Notes: generated from the letters alone by a model not told the origin. A stretch of DNA of 31,259 nucleotides from a virus (IMGVR_UViG_3300032324_000227:1-31259), one strand, 5' to 3'. Positions 18,335 to 25,908 are shown, counted from the stretch's first letter. Translations and numbers: made by a program.

Positions 18335-18807
18335 GTCTTGTTTCCTGCTGCGGCAGCACCGAAGTAGAATCCAACAATACTCAATAGGATCTGTCTATTT
18401 TCCTGAGTGAATAAATATCCATTCACATTTTGGAACACAGTATTTGTTGTTTCGGGTATCAGACCGAATAAAAATTCTGGATTCTTATCAACAACCTCTA
18501 CAACTGTTGGAATTCCAAAGAATGGTAGGATGAATGGAGCAAGTATAGTTCCGAATAGAATTGCAAGAACTATAACTTGTCTAACTCCCTTGCCTACATC
18601 AAGTGGAACTCGTTTTGACGCTTCGTTCTGATTCTTGTTCGTTCTTTCATTCGAAGTCATCAAGCGTTCAAACATCTCTTTTTCTGCTTGACGCTTTTCA
18701 GCCATGTGACGGAAGATAAAGCCCGTGGCACTACCTCCAATCAACGAGATTAATTCGGTTGGTATCATGTTTTGGCTCTCCGTTACTACTTGAGATAATA
18801 GCATCAT
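18331..18807 (-). CDS. Multi-TM membrane protein, 3TM-holin-like
   Basis: Three hydrophobic segments and C-terminal IVGFYFG. Alternative start at 18768. Confidence 0.5.
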   Translation of the reverse strand: MMLLSQVVTESQNMIPTELISLIGGSATGFIFRHMAEKRQAEKEMFERLMTSNERTNKNQNEASKRVPLDVGKGVRQVIVLAILFGTILAPFILPFFGIPTVVEVVDKNPEFLFGLIPETTNTVFQNVNGYLFTQENRQILLSIVGFYFGAAAAGNKT

Positions 18808-18821
18808 AAAAATACCTCAGT

Positions 18822-19196
18822 TTAGCGTCTTACGATTCCTTGACGCTTTCTCATTGAACGAGCGCGTTTTGCATTTGCTCTTGAACGCTTTGCCTTTGCT
18901 TTACGAGCAGAACGCTTCGCGATTCTTGACTTCTGTGCCTTCTCCTTGCCACTCATCTTCATGCAGCGTCTAGCAGCACCCTTGGTGACAAGTTTCATTC
19001 CTTTACCACAGACAAACTTAATCTTCTTCTTTCCACCACGAACAACAATTGTTCTCTTTGCTCCCTCTGCAAGAGCATGTAGAGCATACTCTGGTATCAT
19101 CTGAAGAATTTCATCGGGCGTGTAGTCCGAAAGATCTCCTTCAAGGATATACGACAAGTCTTGTAGGGTTGATTCAGCGAGGTTGACCTTTAGCAT
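18822..19196 (-). CDS. Protein with acidic N-half and very basic C-half (prohead core/internal protein-like)
   Basis: LAE sites precede a K/R-rich domain ending KRARSMRKR. Confidence 0.55.
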   Translation of the reverse strand: MLKVNLAESTLQDLSYILEGDLSDYTPDEILQMIPEYALHALAEGAKRTIVVRGGKKKIKFVCGKGMKLVTKGAARRCMKMSGKEKAQKSRIAKRSARKAKAKRSRANAKRARSMRKRQGIVRR

Positions 19197-19803
19197 TTTT
19201 CTTCCTTTTCTTGTTTACTAGAACAGGTTCTCCATCTGAAACCATAGCAAGACCAGGAGCAGAAGCGGTGTTTGCTACCTCTTCTTGAGCCACAGATCTC
19301 TTCACAGCACTGAAGACAGCCTGATCGCCTGTAATGCGATCAAGAAGATTCATGAGAAGACTCATTACAATAGTCTTGTATTCTAGTGGATTGACTTTGT
19401 TTGGATTTTTAACAACACGAAGAGTCTTTGAAAGAACGGAGCGATCAATAAGACCAGCCTTAGCGAGTTGAGTGAACTTTGCATATTCATCAACCGACTC
19501 TTCCATATCTTCCTTATCGCCTTTGATATAGGCAGAAACTATCATGTTGTAAACGCGAGGATCATCAACAACATTATCAATAAGATCCTGAAGTATGTCC
19601 ATTACAAGTTGGCGAAGTTCCATGTTGGAAGTCTCGCTGAACTTTTCTGGATTTTTAAACACACGGCGAGCCTTCGCCAAATTTACAGGAGAAACCAAGC
19701 CAAGCCGAAGCAAACGGTCGAACTTTCGCTTTGGTGTTATAGCGGCTTCAGCAATCGCCTGACGATACGCAGACTCTTCTAGGATGCTCTTGAAATCTTT
19801 CAT
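19174..19803 (-). CDS. Probable internal head protein with a tandem-duplicated helical domain
   Basis: N-terminal MKDFKSILEE; two copies of KFxxLxxxGL...KNPxK...VMxxLxxLxD. Confidence 0.6.
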   Translation of the reverse strand: MKDFKSILEESAYRQAIAEAAITPKRKFDRLLRLGLVSPVNLAKARRVFKNPEKFSETSNMELRQLVMDILQDLIDNVVDDPRVYNMIVSAYIKGDKEDMEESVDEYAKFTQLAKAGLIDRSVLSKTLRVVKNPNKVNPLEYKTIVMSLLMNLLDRITGDQAVFSAVKRSVAQEEVANTASAPGLAMVSDGEPVLVNKKRKKNAKGQPR

Positions 19804-20174
19804 ATGTTCCTCAGTATCTTCGATAGTTTTGAATCTATCGGTATGTCCTCAAGGTTTGCCTCTTCTATTTGTTCTGGCAATATTTCAAGAAAGGACATGA
19901 ATGTTTTCAGATAGATGTGTAGTTCTGGTTCTATCCTAAAGAATAACATTCTAGCCGCTGGTGTTTGAGAAAAAACATTCGATAATATTATCAGGTGATT
20001 TATTATCAGTCTTTCTCTCAGATTTCCATCTCTGTCATATCGCTTCAACAAGCGTTTCACATATCGAATACGGTTGAAATCTTCTTCAAACTCCTCAAGG
20101 CTTTTACATTGAGGATTATCATAATTTCTCATCGCATAATCAATGATGTTCGAATCATCTAGAACTTCAACCAT
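19800..20174 (-). CDS. Conserved hypothetical protein of T4-like phages
   Basis: YDNPQC..EEFEED..RIRYVKRLL...RLIINHLIIL.NVF pattern; adjacent to the cytidylyltransferase as in marine T4-likes. Confidence 0.75.
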   Translation of the reverse strand: MVEVLDDSNIIDYAMRNYDNPQCKSLEEFEEDFNRIRYVKRLLKRYDRDGNLRERLIINHLIILSNVFSQTPAARMLFFRIEPELHIYLKTFMSFLEILPEQIEEANLEDIPIDSKLSKILRNI

Positions 20175-20195
20175 GTTTTCACAATTCTCCACGAT

Positions 20196-20203
20196 TATTT
20201 ATG
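20196..20203 (-). promoter_or_regulatory. Late promoter CATAAATA overlapping the upstream stop codon
   Basis: Same motif and placement as at 1162, 21065 and 26455. Confidence 0.5.
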
Positions 20204-20825
20204 GAATATTGCGAATGATCTTTTGAAGCATTTCAGGTATCGAAAGAGCATAGGATTCCTTTATTCCCAAGTTCTTTCTGATCATCTTGTATAGTTTTGT
20301 TCCTTGAACCCGCGAGATGCCCTTTGCAAGACCTGAAAGGAATCCTTCTAGGTTTCCTTCGACGGCGTAAGCGCGTAACTTGCTTGCGCTCATTCCGACA
20401 ACTCCTTCTGCATCAGGATCTCGTTCTCCTGCTATGACCACATCGAAGTGGCTGAAGTTGTAAGCCTTCTTTGGATCTTCATGACCAATGTAACGGCTGA
20501 TGTTTGTCTTGTAGACTTTTCCACGGGGTTCGTCGGCAACAATGTAGACTTCTTTGTAGCCCTGATTTGAAAGGGTCATTGCTGCATAGAATGGATTGAT
20601 TAGTTTTGGATCATCCGATACCTTTACCTGTGGAAAAGCCATCTTTAAAAACTTCACTTTGTCTTTGAAAGGAATAGGATTTGTTTTATTATCATGAGAT
20701 GGTGAAGCAAATAAGATAGCGTCTCCACCAATCTCTCGCGCCTTCTTCAGAACGGTGTCAACAACTAGTTGATGTCCTATCGTTGGTGGCTGAAATCTAC
20801 CGAATGTGAATACGACTTTTTTCAT
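20199..20825 (-). CDS. Cytidylyltransferase-like nucleotidyltransferase (HIGH superfamily)
   Basis: FTFGRFQPPTIGH, AGERDPDA, MSASKLR. Confidence 0.85.
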   Translation of the reverse strand: MKKVVFTFGRFQPPTIGHQLVVDTVLKKAREIGGDAILFASPSHDNKTNPIPFKDKVKFLKMAFPQVKVSDDPKLINPFYAAMTLSNQGYKEVYIVADEPRGKVYKTNISRYIGHEDPKKAYNFSHFDVVIAGERDPDAEGVVGMSASKLRAYAVEGNLEGFLSGLAKGISRVQGTKLYKMIRKNLGIKESYALSIPEMLQKIIRNIP

Positions 20826-20836
20826 AACTCTCCTCT

Positions 20837-20866
20837 AAAGACAGAGGGGGTCGAAAGACCCCCTCT
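20837..20866 (-). terminator. Hairpin, probable (weak) terminator
   Basis: AGAGGGGGTC-tttc-GACCCCCTCT then GTCTTT on the - strand. Confidence 0.6.
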
Positions 20867-20867
20867 T

Positions 20868-20922
20868 TGATCCCTCGCGTTTGGTGTAAGGCTCGGATCA
20901 CCTCCTAATGTGCGAAGGATCA
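20868..20922 (-). ncRNA. Stem-loop displaying AGGAGGUGAUCC (complement of the 16S rRNA 3' end) with no downstream start codon
   Basis: 11-bp stem (20868-20878 / 20912-20922) with one G-U pair on the - strand; the loop holds the 12-nt motif. Confidence 0.6.
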
Positions 20923-21045
20923 CTTGTTCCAGGGAAACTTCTTGGATGCCCAATCCCAAAGTGGCTTGCCGATGAAAGCACCAGCAGTAAAGACCACTAG
21001 AGTATAAAAGATTGTTCCAAGAGTGCTAGAAAGAAATAGTTCCAT
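20920..21045 (-). CDS. 41-aa single-TM peptide MELFLSSTLGTIFYTLVVFTAGAFIGKPLWDWASKKFPWNK (not in the ORF track)
   Basis: Strong SD TAAGGAG and late promoter CATAAATA at 21065-21072; hand translation. Confidence 0.8.
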   Translation of the reverse strand: MELFLSSTLGTIFYTLVVFTAGAFIGKPLWDWASKKFPWNK

Positions 21046-21064
21046 TATGTTTTCTCCTTACCTG

Positions 21065-21072
21065 TATTTATG
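21065..21072 (-). promoter_or_regulatory. Late promoter CATAAATA
   Basis: Upstream of the SD of the 41-aa ORF. Confidence 0.55.
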
Positions 21073-22297
21073 TCTTACGGAATCTGGACGATAGTTGATT
21101 AATCGCTGAAAAGCCAGATCTATCAACGATTTTATAGAAATTATCATTTTTTGGATCAATAACAACAAAGCCTTCTGAACTGAACGGAGACAGACCGCCG
21201 TCCTCGCCTCGCTGAAAGGTAGTCAAGCCCTTGTATCGCTCTAGAACCTTCAGGACGATCCGTTTAACGGGCTGCACGACCGCGTAGAGTCCAAGCACAG
21301 CGTCGATAGACTTCATGCCGTCAATCTCTTTAAGGGTCGCCTGAGCCTTCTGGCGGCGTTTCTCCTTGCCAGCCTCGGACTTTAACTTATCAATTTCCTT
21401 CTGCTCCTTGCCCTCGACAAAGGTCTTGAAGGCAGATTTTGTCAATACCCCACCGCCACGGGTGTAGGCGGTGACAGCAAACGACTTGAGCATTGGGGCA
21501 AGAGAAGATTTTGCAATCTTGTTTATATCGGCGGCTTTGATAAATTTCACCGAAGCGAGAATCTGCTTGTGAGCATCCATGAAAGCCTTGTAGTTTGGAT
21601 CACAAGTATCAGGCTTCTGTATGTCAATTACAGGCGAGATGAGATAGAGAGTGTTTGTCTTTCTGGTGTTCGGAACACTCTTTAAGATCTCGGCACGGAA
21701 CGATCCACCAACTTGCTTGTAGTGGGTGTGGATTGCAAATCCCATGTTGTAAGTTGAGAAGCCCTTCATCTCGGCAGGGACGGCGTAGACAACCGTATTT
21801 GGTTGGAATGTAATGTAGTCTCTGCCTCCAACCTTTACACGCTCAAGCATCTTCTTTGTGAAGAGCATGTCTCCCTGATACACGCCATCAACTCCAATAG
21901 CCTTTAGTTCGTCAAAGGCTACCTTCAGGGTATGGGCTAGGTCTGGTTTGTCGCCAAACAATGAGTCGATCTCGGCGTGGCTCTTTGGAGCCTTACGAGC
22001 CTGTGTAAAGAATGACTTTGTGGAAACAAAGAATTTGTTGTCTAAAGGATCTAAACCAAAGACAATAGACGGTGCGCCGTCGATCTTCTCAGAATACTTT
22101 AGTTCCTCTCCCTTGCCACAACCTTCAAAGAAACTCTTCTTGATTCGCTCTAGAATCTGTAGCATCTCTTTGATGCCTTCGTGACCCTTGTTAAACATAA
22201 GATCTTCGAAATGCTCCATGTGAAGGTTCAAGCCCTCATTTGGTGCGGCGGATTCTTTTAAGGTAATAAATGCTCTGAAATCTAGAATGTTTGACAT
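21068..22297 (-). CDS. DUF6267-like protein with ATP-dependent RNA-ligase-type motifs
   Basis: NLHMEHFED; motif I KIDG, motif III-like YQGD, motif IV EGFVV, motif V KIV. Start reassigned to 22297. Confidence 0.7.
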   Translation of the reverse strand: MSNILDFRAFITLKESAAPNEGLNLHMEHFEDLMFNKGHEGIKEMLQILERIKKSFFEGCGKGEELKYSEKIDGAPSIVFGLDPLDNKFFVSTKSFFTQARKAPKSHAEIDSLFGDKPDLAHTLKVAFDELKAIGVDGVYQGDMLFTKKMLERVKVGGRDYITFQPNTVVYAVPAEMKGFSTYNMGFAIHTHYKQVGGSFRAEILKSVPNTRKTNTLYLISPVIDIQKPDTCDPNYKAFMDAHKQILASVKFIKAADINKIAKSSLAPMLKSFAVTAYTRGGGVLTKSAFKTFVEGKEQKEIDKLKSEAGKEKRRQKAQATLKEIDGMKSIDAVLGLYAVVQPVKRIVLKVLERYKGLTTFQRGEDGGLSPFSSEGFVVIDPKNDNFYKIVDRSGFSAINQLSSRFRKT

Positions 22298-22300
22298 GGT

Positions 22301-22313
22301 ATACATATTTATA
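22301..22313. promoter_or_regulatory. Overlapping divergent late promoters: TATAAATA (-, 22306-22313) and ATACATA (+, 22301-22307)
   Basis: Short gap between divergent genes starting at 22297 (-) and 22325 (+). Confidence 0.6.
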
Positions 22314-22324
22314 TTGGAGGAATC

Positions 22325-22552
22325 ATGCACAAGTCAGCAAAAGTTTTAGGAGCAAGCACATCAGGAACTATCCGCGCTCAAGCGTTAACAATCATCGCCA
22401 GTGGTGGTGCGGGTGGATGCACCTTTATTGGATTTTCTGATGGAGTTACTTTCGGTTTTGCCATCCCATCAGGTGCTGTCGTAAATCTTGATGTGGCTGT
22501 TTCGGGTGCATACACTATTGGGGCAAACACGACTGTGATTGCCAGAGGTTGA
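22325..22552 (+). CDS. Small Gly/Ala-rich hypothetical (beta-type, possibly virion) protein
   Basis: SD GGAGG at correct spacing; 38-nt convergent overlap with the exonuclease gene. Confidence 0.6.
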   Translation: MHKSAKVLGASTSGTIRAQALTIIASGGAGGCTFIGFSDGVTFGFAIPSGAVVNLDVAVSGAYTIGANTTVIARG

Positions 22553-23210
22553 TCGCCTCGCGGAGTTTAGGAACCCAATCCTTTGGGTCTTCAATAAACT
22601 CCTGAACGATTCCCTCCTCGGTAGAGATCAAGATCACAATTTGCTTTACAGGTATTCCTGTTCGCTCCTGCCACATTATCGCATAAGCAGTAGCCTGAAG
22701 AAAATAGTTTTCTATATCTTCAGGCTTCTTTGCTTTTGTGGAACCTTTGAAATCTACAATAGATAACTTTCCATCGTAGTCAGAGATGAGATCGACTCGT
22801 CCTGCCAACTCTAGGAGATCGCTCCAGAGCGGTGTCTCTTGAGCCACCACATTGTCTATCCGTCTGTCGATGTAGGGGCGCATCTGCTTAAAGAGGTCTA
22901 GGACGGTCGCTGAAAGGTTCTCGTCTACGAGTCCGTTAGAGTCTGTCGTGGTGGCATCCACGCCCTTGCCCTCCATATACCGCTCTACGAGGCTATGCAG
23001 GGCTGTGCCACGGGCTGTCACCCGCTGCGACTCTTTTGGATTTTTCTTTCGCCACTCAGCGAAGAATTTGTTCTTTTCAAATCCTACTACTGTTGTAACG
23101 GAGGGATATCTTTTTCCATCGGGAGTAAGATAAAAACGCTTTCCGTTTTCCTCTACAGATTTTGCTTCATCAATCTTTTTAAGATTGTAAGTAAACTTTT
23201 TCATTTCCAT
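22515..23210 (-). CDS. Cas4/RecB-like PD-(D/E)XK exonuclease
   Basis: YPSVTTV, RGTALH, AGRVDLI, IVDFK, QATAYA. Confidence 0.88.
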   Translation of the reverse strand: MEMKKFTYNLKKIDEAKSVEENGKRFYLTPDGKRYPSVTTVVGFEKNKFFAEWRKKNPKESQRVTARGTALHSLVERYMEGKGVDATTTDSNGLVDENLSATVLDLFKQMRPYIDRRIDNVVAQETPLWSDLLELAGRVDLISDYDGKLSIVDFKGSTKAKKPEDIENYFLQATAYAIMWQERTGIPVKQIVILISTEEGIVQEFIEDPKDWVPKLREAINLWQSQSCLPQ

Positions 23211-23226
23211 AACGAAAACTCATTTC

Positions 23227-23523
23227 TCAGACAACTTCTACAATCACTTGGTTCACACCCAACTTCTTCTTTGTCGCCTCAACTACTCTCTGTGTGGTTG
23301 TCTGTTCTTTCAGAGAAATAGTCTGTATTGTATTCATACCAGCGGCTTGAAGTTTACCTTTATAAATCTCAGCATCTCTCAGATTGTCGAAAACCGCAAC
23401 ATGGGCTTTTCGCGCCTCAGTCAGAGAGGCTACCGCATAACCAGAAATCTTATCATTTGGTTTCATGGCAGACACTCCAGTATACCGTTCACTTAAAGTT
23501 TGTTCAAGGGTTATCTTATTCAT
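23227..23523 (-). CDS. Hypothetical protein
   Basis: ATG 23523 lies just after a CATAAAT late-like motif. Confidence 0.55.
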   Translation of the reverse strand: MNKITLEQTLSERYTGVSAMKPNDKISGYAVASLTEARKAHVAVFDNLRDAEIYKGKLQAAGMNTIQTISLKEQTTTQRVVEATKKKLGVNQVIVEVV

Positions 23524-23695
23524 ACCATTTATGTAGGCATTTGGTAGGGACAAACAAGCCGTAAGTAACTGATGATCCTATGAAAACACACGCCCCCGTA
23601 GGGGGTCCAAATATCGGCAAGCAATACATAAGATATAGAAAACCTCTGCGGTGCTGTAACACCCAGAGGCATGGCATAGAGAGAAAGGACAATCC

Positions 23696-24208
23696 ATGCA
23701 TACTATCTATCTCGTCCGCAAGGATGATAAACCCGTTTATGTCGGGTATACTAGCAGATCCGTTGAGAAACGCTGGCAAGAACATATCTGCGATTCCAAT
23801 AAACCAAAGTTCCCGTTGCACCATGCTATCAATAAGCATGGTGCGGATTCGTTCACCATAGAAATGTTATACGAGTCCGATGACGAATATCACACACTCA
23901 ACCATATGGAGCATCATTACATCTGGCTCTACAGGACACACAAGAGTTTAGGTGGGTATAATGTTACCGTAGGTGGGGAAGGATGGTCGAAGGGTTTGAG
24001 TGAGAAACAGCGAAATGACAGGGAGAAGGCTCGAAAGAGAGCATGGAGAAAAGCCAACAGGGATTACTTCGAAAACAATAAGAACAAAATAAAGGCACAG
24101 AGAAAGGCTCGGTATAAAGCGGACAAGGAGAAATGGAAAGCAGTGGGAAGAAAGGCTTACTATGAAGACAAAAAAGGGTCTGTGGATTTTCTCCACAGAC
24201 CCCGGTAG
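23696..24208 (+). mobile_element. Free-standing GIY-YIG (Seg-like) homing endonuclease gene
   Basis: TIYLV...YVGYT...RWQEH...E...GYN with a basic tail; opposite strand to its neighbours; upstream ATACATA motif and hairpin CCTCTG.GGTG/CACC.CAGAGG. Confidence 0.85.
24170..24202 (-). terminator. Strong Rho-independent terminator
   Basis: GGGTCTGTGGA-gaaaa-TCCACAGACCC followed by TTTTTT on the - strand. Confidence 0.85.
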
Positions 24209-24318
24209 CGAAATTCCGTGTCGGGGGCTATGACCTCCACCAACGCGCGGTGAATAGCGTAACGACGCTTGCACCGTCCCCACGACCGACTCAGTGAGAA
24301 GAACGGGGGCGAACACTA
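24170..24318 (-). ncRNA. Structured ~145-nt RNA antisense to 23S rRNA domain IV (H70/H71/H67/H64/H61 region)
   Basis: + strand 24204-24299 aligns collinearly to recalled 23S ~1929-2015. TATACATA at 24320-24327 and the terminator are both on the - strand; several hairpins. Confidence 0.7.
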
Positions 24319-24350
24319 TTATGTATATCCAAAAAATTTTCAAGATTTAT

Positions 24351-24752
24351 TTAAAAATTTTTTGAAGACCGATAAAAGTCTGAATTGTGAAAATTCATTT
24401 TCACAAAACCTTCATTTGTGGTGTAGTGGATCGTATCAAAGACCGTTAGACACCAGGGAAGGCACTTGTCACAGGGACGCGAGATACGCATCTCTCCGTG
24501 AGAATTGAAACGGCAGTTAAAGAGATGCAGATCCTCGCGAGGCTCACACTTGATCAAGGCATCAAGTTCAGAATGCATCTCTTCAAAGAGATACCCATAC
24601 TTTCTAGCAAGCGGATGGGTCTTGAAGCGGTTAGTTCCGACAGAAACAATTTTACCCTTGCAAACAATGATAGAAACATGCTTCTTGCTGCGATCTATCT
24701 TTTTACAGGTTTCTGCGGCAACTTTGAGTATTTTGTCGATGTCGGCTCTCAT
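24351..24752 (-). CDS. Zn-dependent cytidine/deoxycytidylate deaminase-like protein
   Basis: HSE and SRPCDKC motifs. Confidence 0.8.
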   Translation of the reverse strand: MRADIDKILKVAAETCKKIDRSKKHVSIIVCKGKIVSVGTNRFKTHPLARKYGYLFEEMHSELDALIKCEPREDLHLFNCRFNSHGEMRISRPCDKCLPWCLTVFDTIHYTTNEGFVKMNFHNSDFYRSSKNF

Positions 24753-24775
24753 ATTTCGGAATTTTCACAATCAAG

Positions 24776-24849
24776 CACACCTGGCTGGATTCGAACCAGC
24801 GACAAACGGATTAGAAATCCGTTACTCTATCCAACTGAGTTACAGGTGC
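24776..24849 (-). tRNA. tRNA-Arg(TCT)
   Basis: Full cloverleaf; ACGGA-TTTCTAA-TCCGT; TTCGAAT T-loop; no CCA. Confidence 0.95.
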
Positions 24850-24856
24850 GTATAGG

Positions 24857-25003
24857 TTAAGACTTCTTCGGCTTCTTCTTACTCGTAGGCTTCAACTTCT
24901 TGATCTTGCCCTTACCAAAGATTCTATTCCAATTCTCATCCCACTTCTTCTGATCTACAGGACGATACGAGTCGCCCTTTCCTGCTCCGTGTTGTCCTTC
25001 CAT
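24857..25003 (-). CDS. Small basic hypothetical protein (GKGDxxRPVD...W.RIF family)
   Basis: SD GGAGG before ATG 25003. Confidence 0.7.
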   Translation of the reverse strand: MEGQHGAGKGDSYRPVDQKKWDENWNRIFGKGKIKKLKPTSKKKPKKS

Positions 25004-25017
25004 ATTTCCTCCAAGCG

Positions 25018-25046
25018 AAAGGGGAGGGAGCCGTAGCCCCCTCCCC
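25018..25046 (-). terminator. Terminator-like hairpin with cUACGg tetraloop
   Basis: GGGGAGGGGGC-tacg-GCTCCCTCCCC then TTT. Confidence 0.7.
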
Positions 25047-25064
25047 ACGCACCCAAGCCACCGA

Positions 25065-25370
25065 TCAAAGAGTGTAGTTGATGAAGTTGTGGACATCCGC
25101 AGGGTCCACGGTCGGATTCACAAGCAGGACGCGCTTCATGCTGTAGCGAGTGCTGCCGTTCTGAGTCTCCTCAGTCACGATCCGCCAGTTGCCACGGTTC
25201 TCAACGAGCGACTTGATCGAAGAGATCATCGCACGGAAGTTCTTGATACCGAAACGACTACGGGCTTCGGCAGCGGTAAGCGAGTTACCGTTGGCGAGGT
25301 AGTTGATCGCCTTGCGCTTCTTCGTAAGGCTTGCGGACGAGGACGAACGATTCTTGGTGCTGATAGCCAT
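25065..25370 (-). CDS. Winged helix-turn-helix DNA-binding protein
   Basis: YLANGNSLTAAEARSRFGIKNFRAMIS pattern; own promoter and terminator. Confidence 0.75.
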   Translation of the reverse strand: MAISTKNRSSSSASLTKKRKAINYLANGNSLTAAEARSRFGIKNFRAMISSIKSLVENRGNWRIVTEETQNGSTRYSMKRVLLVNPTVDPADVHNFINYTL

Positions 25371-25455
25371 TCTGAAAAATTCCTTTGCTGATGAACACTT
25401 TGTATGAGTCTGTCGAGCCATCAGCAACTCGCAGCACTCTCAACTAGATGACCAT

Positions 25456-25484
25456 AGTATACAGTTGAACTAGGTCTGTGTCAA
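25456..25484 (-). promoter_or_regulatory. Sigma70 promoter TTGACA-17-TATACT
   Basis: Near consensus with extended TG. Confidence 0.8.
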
Positions 25485-25503
25485 GTAGTTTATGCACTTT
25501 ACT

Positions 25504-25713
25504 CTAAAAATACTCGGAGTAGTCGCGCCCATAACGGTTGATTCTCTCGTTCGGAGACATCTGCTTGAGTTCTTCTACAGGATCTATGCCAAAAATTCTT
25601 TTTCTTGTATCGGGATGCAAATTGAACAGAGACAGATCGAATTCCAATCTGTCATCTGTAGTTTTTTTATGGTTTGAATCGTTGTGCAACCAACGATCAC
25701 TAGAACTGCTCAT
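25504..25713 (-). CDS. Hypothetical protein (paralog of 25710..25907)
   Basis: Shared C-terminal PVExL..MS..ERI..YGRDY.E. Confidence 0.7.
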   Translation of the reverse strand: MSSSSDRWLHNDSNHKKTTDDRLEFDLSLFNLHPDTRKRIFGIDPVEELKQMSPNERINRYGRDYSEYF

Positions 25714-25907
25714 TTTTGTGGATTTAGAAATTCTTCGTAGTCTCGACCATACATGTCAATTCTTTCTTGAATCGACATTGCACGAAGATCCTCTACAGGA
25801 TTGTAACCAAGTTCAGAAACAATTTCTTCGGGCTTCATGGTAAAAAGATTTTCATCAAACTTACACTTGCCCTTGAACGAATTCATCCATGCTGTATAAA
25901 AACTCAC
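25710..25907 (-). CDS. Hypothetical protein (paralog of 25504..25713)
   Basis: SD GGAGG before GTG 25907; shared motif as above. Confidence 0.7.
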   Translation of the reverse strand: MSFYTAWMNSFKGKCKFDENLFTMKPEEIVSELGYNPVEDLRAMSIQERIDMYGRDYEEFLNPQK

Positions 25908-25908
25908 T

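Noticed and set aside
22515-23210. CRISPR-associated Cas4
   Set aside because: A stand-alone phage exonuclease; no array, no other cas genes and no Fe-S cysteine set.
23569-23586. Hammerhead-like CTGATGA...GAAA
   Set aside because: No stem II (only TCCTAT between the motifs) and no compatible stems I/III.
24204-24299. Functional rRNA gene or host contamination
   Set aside because: Only ~100 nt, diverged, with an insertion, and embedded seamlessly among phage genes.
23540-24320. Group I intron around the GIY-YIG gene
   Set aside because: No recognisable P7 core elements and no interrupted CDS on either side.
24736-24748. TCGATGTCGGCTC identical to the 23S peptidyl-transferase region
   Set aside because: A 13-nt match inside a coding sequence; a few such matches are expected by chance in 31 kb against whole rRNAs.
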